Source: Trichodesmium erythraeum IMS101 | GTDB lineage: Bacteria > Cyanobacteriota > Cyanobacteriia > Cyanobacteriales > Microcoleaceae | Length of the DNA stretch: 32,000 bases | Assembly: GCF_000014265.1 (NCBI RefSeq) | Contig: NC_008312.1 | Coordinates: 5,310,001 to 5,342,000 of the forward strand | Direction of reading: 5' to 3' | In this document: positions 19,901 through 31,900 of the stretch, piece after piece | How positions within the stretch are numbered: the first letter of the stretch is position 1 | Layout of the letters: each line of letters begins with the position of its first letter | Made by a program: the position numbers and the translations under genes | The notes under the pieces: generated by a model | The model's database searches: none | The model's input: the letters and a program-made list of their open reading frames with translations, nothing else | Told to the model about the DNA's origin: nothing

Positions 19901-22900
19901 TTAGGGTTTTCCGAGGTGTTGTTATATTGTATTTGGGCTATGGCTGTCTGATACTCAGCTAATGTAGCGCTGCCTGTGAGTGTTATGACTCCTGTAGTAC
20001 TGTTATAACTGCTCGCTGTTATTCCTGTTGGTAGTGTACCGTTGACTAATAAGCTTTCTGATGTTGCGTCTGGACTGCCTAATGTTATTGTGGCTGACTC
20101 TATGTTGGTATCATCTTCATCTGCTATACCAACCTTGTTTCCTATAGCTACTGCTCCTAGGCCTTCTGTGAAAGTTGTTGTGTAGTCATTCCCTGTGTTA
20201 TCCCCATCTAAGTCTAATGTGGGAGGGTCATTGACTCTAGCAATATTTATTGTTGTTGTGGCTGTGTTACTATCAACATTACCATCGTTCACCACTACGG
20301 TCACGGTCCGAGCCGTGGTGTCTGGGTTGTCCGAGGTGTTGTCATATTGTATTTGGGCTATGGCTGTCTGATACTCAGCTAATGTAGCGCTGCCTGTGAG
20401 TGTTATGACTCCTGTAGTACTGTTATAACTGCTCGCTGTTATTCCTGTTGGTAGTGTACCGTTGACTAATAAGCTTTCTGATGTTGCGTCTGGACTGCCT
20501 AATGTTATTGTGGCTGACTCTATGTTAGTATCATCTTCATCTGCTATACCAACCTTGTTTCCTATAGCTACTGCTCCTAGGCCTTCTGTGAAAGTTGTTG
20601 TGTAGTCATTCCCTGTGTTATCCCCATCTAAGTCTAATGTGGGAGGGTCATTGACTCTAGCAATATTTATTGTTGTTGTGGCTGTGTTACTATCAACATT
20701 ACCATCGTTCACCACTACGGTCACGGTCCGAGCCGTGGTGTCTGGGTTGTCCGAGGTGTTGTCATATTGTATTTGGGCTATGGCTGTCTGATACTCAGCT
20801 AATTTAGCGCTGCCTGTGAGTGTTATGACTCCTGTAGTACTGTCATAAGCACCGGCTGATATTCCTCCTGGCAGTGCACCGTTTACTGATAAGCTTTCTA
20901 CTGTATTTCCGTCTGGTCGACTGCTTAATGTTATTGTGGCTGACTCTATGTTGCTATCATCTACATCTGTGATACTAACATCGCTGTCTCCTATGTTTAC
21001 TGCCGTTCCTTCTGTGAAAGTTGTTATGTAGTCACTGCCTGTAGCGGTACTACTATTATTCCCATCTAAGTCTAATACGGGAGCGTCATTGACTGGAGTA
21101 ATATTTATTGTTGTTGTGGCTGTGTTACTATCAACATTACCATCGTTCACCACTACGGTCACGGTCCGAGCACTGGTGTCTGGGTTGTCCGAGGTGTTGT
21201 TATATTGTATTTGGGCTATGGCTGTCTGATACTGAGATAATGTAGCGCTGCCTGTCAGTGTTATGACTCCTGTACTACTGTCATAAGCACCGGCTGATAT
21301 TGTTCCTGGCAGTGCACCGTTGACTGATAAGCTTTCTACTGTATCTCCGTCTGGTCGACTGCTTAATGTTATTGTGGCTGACTCTATGTTGCTATCATCT
21401 ACATCTGTGATACTAACATCGCTGTCTCCTATGTTTACTGCCGTTCCTTCTGTGAAAGTTGTTATGTAGTCACTGCCTGTAGCGGTACTACTATTATTCC
21501 CATCTAAGTCTAATACGGGAGCGTCATTGACTGGAGTAATATTTATTGTTGTTGTGGCTGTGTTACTATCAACATTACCATCGTTCACCACTACAGTCAC
21601 GGTCCGAGCACTGGTGTCTGGGTTGTCCGAGGTGTTGTCATATTGTATTTGGGCTATGGCTGTCTGATACTCAGCTAATGTAGCGCTGCCTGTCAGTGTT
21701 ATGACTCCTGTAGTACTGTCATAACTGCTCGCTGTTATTCCTGTTGGCAGTGCACCGTTGACTGATAAGCTTTCTACTGTATCTCCGTCTGGTCGACTGC
21801 TTAATGTTATTGTGGCTGACTCTATGTTGCTATCATCTACATCTGTGATACTAACATCGCTGTCTCCTATGTTTACTGCCGTTCCTTCTGTGAAAGTTGT
21901 TATGTAGTCACTGCCTGTAGCGGTACTACTATTATTCCCATCTAAGTCTAATACGGGAGCGTCATTGACTGGAGTAATATTTATTGTTGTTGTGGCTGTG
22001 TTACTATCAACATTACCATCGTTCACCACTACAGTCACGGTCCGAGCACTGGTGTCTGGGTTGTCCGAGGTGTTGTCATATTGTATTTGGGCTATGGCTG
22101 TCTGATACTCAGCTAATGTAGCGCTGCCTGTCAGTGTTATGACTCCTGTACTACTGTCATAACTGCTCGCTGTTATTCCTGTTGGCAGTGTACCGGCGGA
22201 TAAGCTTTCTACTGTATCTCCGTCTGGTCGACTGCTTAATGTTATTGTGGCTGACTCTATGTTGCTATCATCTACATCTGTGATACTAACATCGCTGTCT
22301 CCTATGTTTACTGCCGTTCCTTCTGTGAAAGTTGTTATGTAGTCACTGCCTGTAGCGGTACTACTATTATTCCCATCTAAGTCTAATACGGGAGCGTCAT
22401 TGACTGGAGTAATATTTATTGTTGTTGTGGCTGTGTTACTATCAACATTACCATCGTTCACCACTACAGTCAGGGTCCGAGCACTGGTGTCTGGGTTGTC
22501 CGAGGTGTTGTCATATTGTATTTGGGCTATGGCTGTCTGATACTCAGCTAATGTAGCGCTGCCTGTGAGTGTTATGACTCCTGTAGTACTGTCATAACTG
22601 CTCGCTGTTATTCCTGTTGGCAGTGTACCGGCGGATAAGCTTTCTACTGCATCTCCGTCTGGTCGACTGCTTAATGTTATTGTGGCTGACTCTATTATGT
22701 TGGTATCATCTACATCTGTGATACTAACATCGTTGTCTCCTATGGCTACTGCCGTTCCTTCTGTGAAAGTTGTTATGTAGTCACTGCCTGTTGTCGTACT
22801 ATTATCCCCATCTAAGTCTAATACGGGAGCATCATTGACTGGAGTAATATTTATTGTTGTTGTGGCTGTACTACTATCAGCTTCACCATCGTTCACCACT

Positions 22901-25900
22901 ACGGTCACTGTCCTATCGGTGGTATTAGGGTTTTCCGAGGTGTTGTTATATTGTATTTGGGCTATGGCTGTCTGATACTCAGCTAATGTAGCGCTGCCTG
23001 TGAGTGTTATGACTCCTGTAGTACTGTTATAACTGCTCGCTGTTATTCCTGTTGGTAGTGTACCGTTGACTAATAAGCTTTCTGATGTTGCGTCTGGACT
23101 GCCTAATGTTATTGTGGCTGACTCTATGTTGGTATCATCTTCATCTGCTATACCAACCTTGTTTCCTATAGCTACTGCTCCTAGGCCTTCTGTGAAAGTT
23201 GTTGTGTAGTCATTCCCTGTGTTATCCCCATCTAAGTCTAATGTGGGAGGGTCATTGACTCTAGCAATATTTATTGTTGTTGTGGCTGTGTTACTATCAA
23301 CATTACCATCGTTCACCACTACGGTCACTGTCCTATCGGTGGTATTAGGGTTTTCCGAGGTGTTGTTATATTGTATTTGGGCTATGGCTGTCTGATACTC
23401 AGCTAATGTAGCGCTGCCTGTGAGTGTTATGACTCCTGTAGTACTGTTATAACTGCTCGCTGTTATTCCTGTTGGTAGTGTACCGTTGACTAATAAGCTT
23501 TCTGATGTTGCGTCTGGACTGCCTAATGTTATTGTGGCTGACTCTATGTTGGTATCATCTTCATCTGCTATACCAACCTTGTTTCCTATAGCTACTGCTC
23601 CTAGGCCTTCTGTGAAAGTTGTTGTGTAGTCATTCCCTGTGTTATCCCCATCTAAGTCTAATGTGGGAGGGTCATTGACTCTAGCAATATTTATTGTTGT
23701 TGTGGCTGTGTTACTATCAACATTACCATCGTTCACCACTACGGTCACGGTCCGAGCCGTGGTGTCTGGGTTGTCCGAGGTGTTGTCATATTGTATTTGG
23801 GCTATGGCTGTCTGATACTCAGCTAATGTAGCGCTGCCTGTCAGTGTTATGACTCCTGTAGTACTGTCATAACTGCTCGCTGTTATTCCTGTTGGCAGTG
23901 TACCGGCGGATAAGCTTTCTACTGCATCTCCGTCTGGTCGACTGCTTAATGTTATTGTGGCTGACTCTATTATGTTGGTATCATCTACATCTGTGATACT
24001 AACATCGTTGTCTCCTATGGCTACTGCCGTTCCTTCTGTGAAAGTTGTTATGTAGTCACTGCCTGTTGTCGTACTATTATCCCCATCTAAGTCTAATACG
24101 GGAGCATCATTGACTGGAGTAATATTTATTGTTGTTGTGGCTGTACTACTATCAGCTTCACCATCGTTCACCACTACGGTCACTGTCCTATCGGTGGTAT
24201 TAGGGTTTTCCGAGGTGTTGTTATATTGTATTTGGGCTATGGCTGTCTGATAGTCAGCTTTTGTAGCGGGGCCTGTGAGTGTTATGACTCCTGTACTACT
24301 GTCATAACTGCTTGCTGTTATTCCTGCTGGCAGTGCACCGTTGACTAATAAGCTTTCTGATGTTGCGTCTGGACTGCCTAATGTTATTGTGGCTGACTCT
24401 ATGTTGGTATCATCTACATCTGCTATACCAACTTTGTTTCCTATAGCTACTGCTCCTAGGCCTTCTGTGAAAGTTGTTGTGTAGTCATTCCCTGTGTTAT
24501 CCCCATCTAAGTCTAATGTGGGAGGGTCATTGACTCTAGCAATATTTATTGTTGTTGTGGCTGTGTTACTATCAACATTACCATCGTTCACCACTACGGT
24601 CACGGTCCGAGCACTGGTGTCTGGGTTGTCCGAGGTGTTGTCATATTGTATTTGGGCTATGGCTGTCTGATACTCAGCTAATGTAGCGCTGCCTGTCAGT
24701 GTTATGACTCCTGTAGTACTGTCATAACTGCTCGCTGTTATTCCTGTTGGCAGTGTACCGGCGGATAAGCTTTCTACTGCATCTCCATCTGGTCGACTGC
24801 TTAATGTTATTGTGGCTGACTCTATTATGTTGGTATCATCTACATCTGTGATACTAACATCGTTGTCTCCTATGGCTACTGCCGTTCCTTCTGTGAAAGT
24901 TGTTATGTAGTCACTGCCTGTTGTCGTACTATTATCCCCATCTAAGTCTAATACGGGAGCATCATTGACTGGAGTAATATTTATTGTTGTTGTGGCTGTA
25001 CTACTATCAGCTTCACCATCGTTCACCACTACAGTCACTGTCCTATCGGTGGTATTAGGGTTTTCCGAGGTGTTGTTATATTGTATTTGGGCTATGGCTG
25101 TCTGATACTCAGCTTTTGTAGCGCTGCCTGTCAGTGTTATGACTCCTGTACTACTGTCATAACTGCTTGCTGTTATTCCTGCTGGCAGTGCACCGTTGAC
25201 TAATAAGCTTTCTGATGTTGCGTCTGGACTGCCTAATGTTATTGTGGCTGACTCTATGTTGGTATCATCTACATCTGCTATACCAACTTTGTTTCCTATA
25301 GCTACTGCTCCTAGGCCTTCTGTGAAAGTTGTTGTGTAGTCATTCCCTGTGTTATCCCCATCTAAGTCTAATGTGGGAGGGTCATTGACTCTAGCAATAT
25401 TTATTGTTGTTGTGGCTGTGTTACTATCAACATTACCATCGTTCACCACTACGGTCACGGTCCGAGCACTGGTGTCTGGGTTGTCCGAGGTGTTGTCATA
25501 TTGTATTTGGGCTATGGCTGTCTGATACTCAGCTAATGTAGCGCTGCCTGTCAGTGTTATGACTCCTGTAGTACTGTCATAACTGCTCGCTGTTATTCCT
25601 GTTGGCAGTGTACCGGCGGATAAGCTTTCTACTGCATCTCCGTCTGGTCGACTGCTTAATGTTATTGTGGCTGACTCTATTATGTTGGTATCATCTACAT
25701 CTGTGATACTAACATCGTTGTCTCCTATGGCTACTGCCGTTCCTTCTGTGAAAGTTGTTATGTAGTCACTGCCTGTTGTCGTACTATTATCCCCATCTAA
25801 GTCTAATACGGGAGCATCATTGACTGGAGTAATATTTATTGTTGTTGTGGCTGTACTACTATCAGCTTCACCATCGTTCACCACTACGGTCACTGTCCTA

Positions 25901-28900
25901 TCGGTGGTATTAGGGTTTTCCGAGGTGTTGTTATATTGTATTTGGGCTATGGCTGTCTGATAGTCAGCTTTTGTAGCGGGGCCTGTGAGTGTTATGACTC
26001 CTGTACTACTGTCATAACTGCTTGCTGTTATTCCTGCTGGCAGTGCACCGTTGACTAATAAGCTTTCTGATGTTGCGTCTGGACTGCCTAATGTTATTGT
26101 GGCTGACTCTATGTTGGTATCATCTACATCTGCTATACCAACTTTGTTTCCTATAGCTACTGCTCCTCCGCCTTCTGTGAAAGTTGTTGTGTAGTCATTC
26201 CCTGTGTTATCCCCATCTAAGTCTAATGTGGGAGGGTCATTGACTCTAGCAATATTTATTGTTGTTGTGGCTGTGTTACTATCAACATTACCATCGTTCA
26301 CCACTACGGTTACGCTCCGAGCCCTGGTGTCTGGGTTGTCCGAGGTGTTGTTATATTGTATTTGGGCTATGGCTGTCTGATACTCAGCTAATGTAGCGCT
26401 GCCTGTGAGTGTTATGACTCCTGTAGTACTGTCATAAGCACCGGCTGATATTCCTCCTGGCAGTCCACCATTGACTGATAAGCTTTCTACTGTATTTCCG
26501 TCTGGTCGACTGCTTAATGTTATTGTGGCTGACTCTATGTTGCTATCATCTACATCTGTGATACTAACATCGCTGTCTCCTATGTTTACTGCCGTTCCTT
26601 CTGTGAAAGTTGTTATGTAGTCACTGCCTGTTGTCGTACTATTATCCCCATCTAAGTCTAATACTGGAGCATCATTGACTGGAGTAATATTTATTGTTGT
26701 TGTGGCTGTGTTACTATCAACATTACCATCGTTCACCACTACGGTCACGGTCCGAGCACTGGTGTCTGGGTTATCCGAGGTGTTGTTATATTGTATTTGG
26801 GCTATAGCTGTCTGATACTCAGCTAATTTAGCGCTGCCTGTGAGTGTTATGACTCCTGTACTACTGTTATAACTGCTCGCTGTTATTCCTGTTGGTAGTG
26901 TACCGTTGACTAATAAGCTTTCTACTGTATCTCCGTCTGGTCGACTGCCTAATGTTATTGTGGCTGACTCTATGTTGCTATCATCTACATCTGTGATACT
27001 AACATCGCTGTCTCCTATGTTTACTGCCGTTCCTTCTGTGAAAGTTGTTATGTAGTCACTGCCTGTTGTCGTACTATTATCCCCATCTAAGTCTAATACT
27101 GGAGCATCATTGACTGGAGTAATATTTATTGTTGTTGTGGCTGTGTTACTATCAACATTACCATCGTTCACCACTACGGTCACGGTCCGAGCACTGGTGT
27201 CTGGGTTATCCGAGGTGTTGTTATATTGTATTTGGGCTATAGCTGTCTGATACTCAGCTAATTTAGCGCTGCCTGTGAGTGTTATGACTCCTGTACTACT
27301 GTTATAACTGCTCGCTGTTATTCCTGTTGGTAGTGTACCGTTGACTAATAAGCTTTCTACTGTATCTCCGTCTGGTCGACTGCCTAATGTTATTGTGGCT
27401 GACTCTATGTTGCTATCATCTACATCTGTGATACTAACATCGCTGTCTCCTATGTTTACTGCCGTTCCTTCTGTGAAAGTTGTTATGTAGTCACTGCCTG
27501 TTGTCGTACTATTATCCCCATCTAAGTCTAATACTGGAGCATCATTGACTGGAGTAATATTTATTGTTGTTGTGGCTGTACTACTATCAGCATCACCATC
27601 GTTCACCACTACGGTCACTGTCCTATCGGTGGTATTAGGGTTTTCCGAGGTGTTGTTATATTGTATTTGGGCTATGGCTGTCTGATACTCAGCTAATGTA
27701 GCGCTGCCTGTGAGTGTTATGACTCCTGTACTACTGTCATAAGTACCTGCTGTTATTCCTGTTGGTAGTGTACCGTTGACTAATAAGCTTTCTACTGTAT
27801 CTCCGTCTGGTCGACTGCTTAATGTTATTGTGGCTGACTCTATGTTGCTATCATCTACATCTGTGATACTAACATCGCTGTCTCCTATGTTTACTGCCGT
27901 TCCTTCTGTGAAAGTTGTTGTGTAGTCATTCCCTGTGTTATCCCCATCTAAGTCTAATGTGGGAGGGTCATTGACTCTAGCAATATTTATTGTTGTTGTG
28001 GCTTTGTTACTATTAGCATCACCATCGTTCACCACTACGGTTACGCTCCGAGCCCTGGTGTCTGGGTTTTCCGAGGTATTGTCATATTGTATTTGGGCTA
28101 TGGCTGTCTGATAGTCAGCTAATGTAGCGCTGCCTGTGAGTGTTATGACTCCTGTACTACTGTCATAAGTACCTGCTGTTATTCCTCCTGGCAGTGTACC
28201 GCTGACTGATAAGCTTTCTACTGTATTTCCGTCTGGTCGACTGCTTAATGTTATTGTGGCTGACTCTATGTTGCTATCATCTACATCTGTGATACTAACA
28301 TCGCTGTCTCCTATGTTTACTGCCGTTCCTTCTGTGAAAGTTGTTATGTAGTCACTGCCTGTTGTCGTACTATTATCCCCATCTAAGTCTAATACGGGAG
28401 CATCATTGACTCTAGCAATATTTATTGTTGTTGTGGCTGTACTACTATCAGCATCACCATCGTTCACCACTACGGTCACTGTCCTATCGGTGGTATTAGG
28501 GTTATCCGAGGTGTTGTTATATTGTATTTGGGCTATGGCTGTCTGATACTCAGCTAATGTAGCGCTGCCTGTGAGTGTTATGACTCCTGTACTACTGTTA
28601 TAACTGCTCGCTGTTATTCCTGTTGGTAGTGTACCGTTGACTAATAAGCTTTCTACTGTATCTCCGTCTGGTCGACTGCCTAATGTTATTGTGGCTGACT
28701 CTATGTTGCTATCATCTACATCTGTGATACTAACATCGCTGTCTCCTATGTTTACTGCCGTTCCTTCTGTGAAAGTTGTTATGTAGTCACTGCCTGTTGT
28801 CGTACTATTATCCCCATCTAAGTCTAATACTGGAGCATCATTGACTGGAGTAATATTTATTGTTGTTGTGGCTGTGTTACTATCAACATTACCATCGTTC

Positions 28901-31900
28901 ACCACTACGGTCACGGTCCGAGCACTGGTGTCTGGGTTATCCGAGGTGTTGTTATATTGTATTTGGGCTATAGCTGTCTGATACTCAGCTAATTTAGCGC
29001 TGCCTGTGAGTGTTATGACTCCTGTACTACTGTTATAACTGCTCGCTGTTATTCCTGTTGGTAGTGTACCGTTGACTAATAAGCTTTCTACTGTATTTCC
29101 GTCTGGTCGACTGCTTAATGTTATTGTGGCTGACTCTATGTTGCTATCATCTACATCTGTGATACTAACATCGCTGTCTCCTATGTTTACTGCCGTTCCT
29201 TCTGTGAAAGTTGTTATGTAGTCACTGCCTGTTGTCGTACTATTATCCCCATCTAAGTCTAATACTGGAGCATCATTGACTGGAGTAATATTTATTGTTG
29301 TTGTGGCTGTACTACTATCAGCATCACCATCGTTCACCACTACGGTCACTGTCCTATCGGTGGTATTAGGGTTATCCGAGGTGTTGTTATATTGTATTTG
29401 GGCTATGGCTGTCTGATACTCAGCTAATGTAGCGCTGCCTGTGAGTGTTATGACTCCTGTACTACTGTCATAAGTACCTGCTGTTATTCCTGTTGGTAGT
29501 GTACCGTTGACTAATAAGCTTTCTACTGTATCTCCGTCTGGTCGACTGCTTAATGTTATTGTGGCTGACTCTATGTTGCTATCATCTACATCTGTGATAC
29601 TAACATCGCTGTCTCCTATGTTTACTGCCGTTCCTTCTGTGAAAGTTGTTGTGTAGTCATTCCCTGTGTTATCCCCATCTAAGTCTAATGTGGGAGGGTC
29701 ATTGACTCTAGCAATATTTATTGTTGTTGTGGCTTTGTTACTATTAGCATCACCATCGTTCACCACTACGGTTACGCTCCGAGCCCTGGTGTCTGGGTTT
29801 TCCGAGGTATTGTCATATTGTATTTGGGCTATGGCTGTCTGATAGTCAGCTAATGTAGCGCTGCCTGTGAGTGTTATGACTCCTGTACTACTGTCATAAG
29901 TACCTGCTGTTATTCCTCCTGGCAGTGTACCGCTGACTGATAAGCTTTCTACTGTATTTCCGTCTGGTCGACTGCTTAATGTTATTGTGGCTGACTCTAT
30001 GTTGCTATCATCTACATCTGTGATACTAACATCGCTGTCTCCTATGTTTACTGCCGTTCCTTCTGTGAAAGTTGTTATGTAGTCACTGCCTGTTGTCGTA
30101 CTATTATCCCCATCTAAGTCTAATACGGGAGCATCATTGACTCTAGCAATATTTATTGTTGTTGTGGCTGTACTACTATCAGCATCACCATCGTTCACCA
30201 CTACGGTCACTATCCTATCGGTGGTATTAGGGTTTTCCGAGGTGTTGTTATATTGTATTTGGGCTATGGCTGTCTGATACTCAGCTAATGTAGCGCTGCC
30301 TGTGAGTGTTATGACTCCTGTACTACTGTTATAACTGCTCGCTGTTATTCCTGTTGGTAGTGTACCGTTGACTAATAAGCTTTCTACTGTATCTCCGTCT
30401 GGTCGACTGCCTAATGTTATTGTGGCTGACTCTATGTTGCTATCATCTTCATCTGTGATACTAACATCGCTGTCTCCTATGTTTACTGCCGTTCCTTCTG
30501 TGAAAGTTGTTGTGTAGTTGTTCCCTGTAGCGGTACTACTATCATCGTCATCTAAGTCTAATGTGGGAGGGTCATTTACTGCAACAACACTTATTGTTGT
30601 TGTGGCTGTGTTACTATTAGCATCACCATCGTTCACCACTACGGTTACTGTCCGAGCTGTCGTGGTGTCTGGGTTGTCCGAGGTGTTGTCATATTGTATT
30701 TGGGCTATGGCTGTCTGATACTCAGCTAATGTAGCGGGGCCTGTGAGTGTTATGACTCCTGTACTACTGTTATAACTGCTCGCTGTTATTCCTGTTGGCA
30801 GTGTACTGCTGACTGATAAGCTTTCTACTGTATCTCCGTCTGGTCGACTACTTAATGTTATTGTGGCTGACTGTATGTCGCTATCATCTACATCTGTGAT
30901 ACTAACATCGTTGTCTGCTATGGCTACTGCTGCTCCATCTTCCGTGAAGGTTGTTATATAGTTGCTGCCTGTAAGTCTACCACTACTATCATTCTCATCT
31001 AAGTCTAATATGGGAGGGTCATTGACTGAAACAACACTTATTGTTGTTGTGGCTATATTACTATTAGCTTCACCATCATTCACCACTACGGTTACGCTCC
31101 GAGCCGTGGTGTTTGGGCTTTCCGAGGTGTTGTTGTATTGTATTTGGGCTATGGCTGTCTGATACTGAGATAATGTAGCGCTGCCTGTCAGTGTTATGAC
31201 TCCTGTACTACTAGTACTGTCATAAGTATAAGTACCGGCTGTTATTCCTGATGGCAGTGTACCGTTGACTAATAAGCTTTCTAATGTTCCGTCTTGTATG
31301 TTCGTTAATGTTATTGTGGCTGAGTCTATGTTGATATCATCTGCATCTGTTATACCAACATTGTTTCCTATAGGTACTGCTCCTCCGCCTTCTGTGAAAG
31401 TTTTTGTGTAGTCATTCCCTGTGTTATCCCCATCTAAGTCTAATGTGGGAGGGTCATTTACTGGAACAACACTTATTGTTGTTGTGGCTGTGTTACTATT
31501 AGCTTCACCATCATTCACCACTACAGTCACAGTCCGAGCCCTGCTGTCTGGGTTGTCCGAGGTGTTGTTATATTGTATTTGGGCTATGGCTGTCTGATAC
31601 TCAGCTAATGTAGCGGGGCCTGTGAGTGTTATGACTCCTGTACTACTGTCATAACTGCTCGCTGTTATTCCTGTTGGCAGTGTACCGGCGGATAAGCTTT
31701 CTAATGTTCCGTCTTGTATGTTCGATAATGTTATTGTGGCTGACTCTATGTTGATATCATCTGTATCTGTGATTCTAACATCGTTGTCTCCTATGGCTAC
31801 TGCTACTCCGCCTTCTGTGAAATTTGTTATGTAGTCGTTGCCTGTAGCGGTACTACTATTATTCCCATCTAAGTCTAACCTCGGTTTAATTTTTACGACA

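Noticed and set aside
4913-31162. Other plus-strand ORFs inside the giant gene (4913-5320, 6698-6937, 9269-9607, 13655-13978, 30518-30718, 30962-31162)
   Set aside because: They lie antisense to a strongly supported coding frame, have low-complexity translations, and recur only because the underlying repeats recur.
6590-31885. Highly regular tandem repeats that might superficially suggest a CRISPR array or non-coding satellite
   Set aside because: The periods are 312-435 nt with no unique spacers, and the repeats are in frame and encode recognisable Ig/cadherin-like domains. No cas genes are present.
18946-31885. A diversity-generating retroelement as the source of the localised variability between array A units
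   Set aside because: There is no reverse-transcriptase ORF or template/variable repeat pair in the window. The variants are shared multi-residue cassettes including indels, not scattered adenine-specific substitutions.
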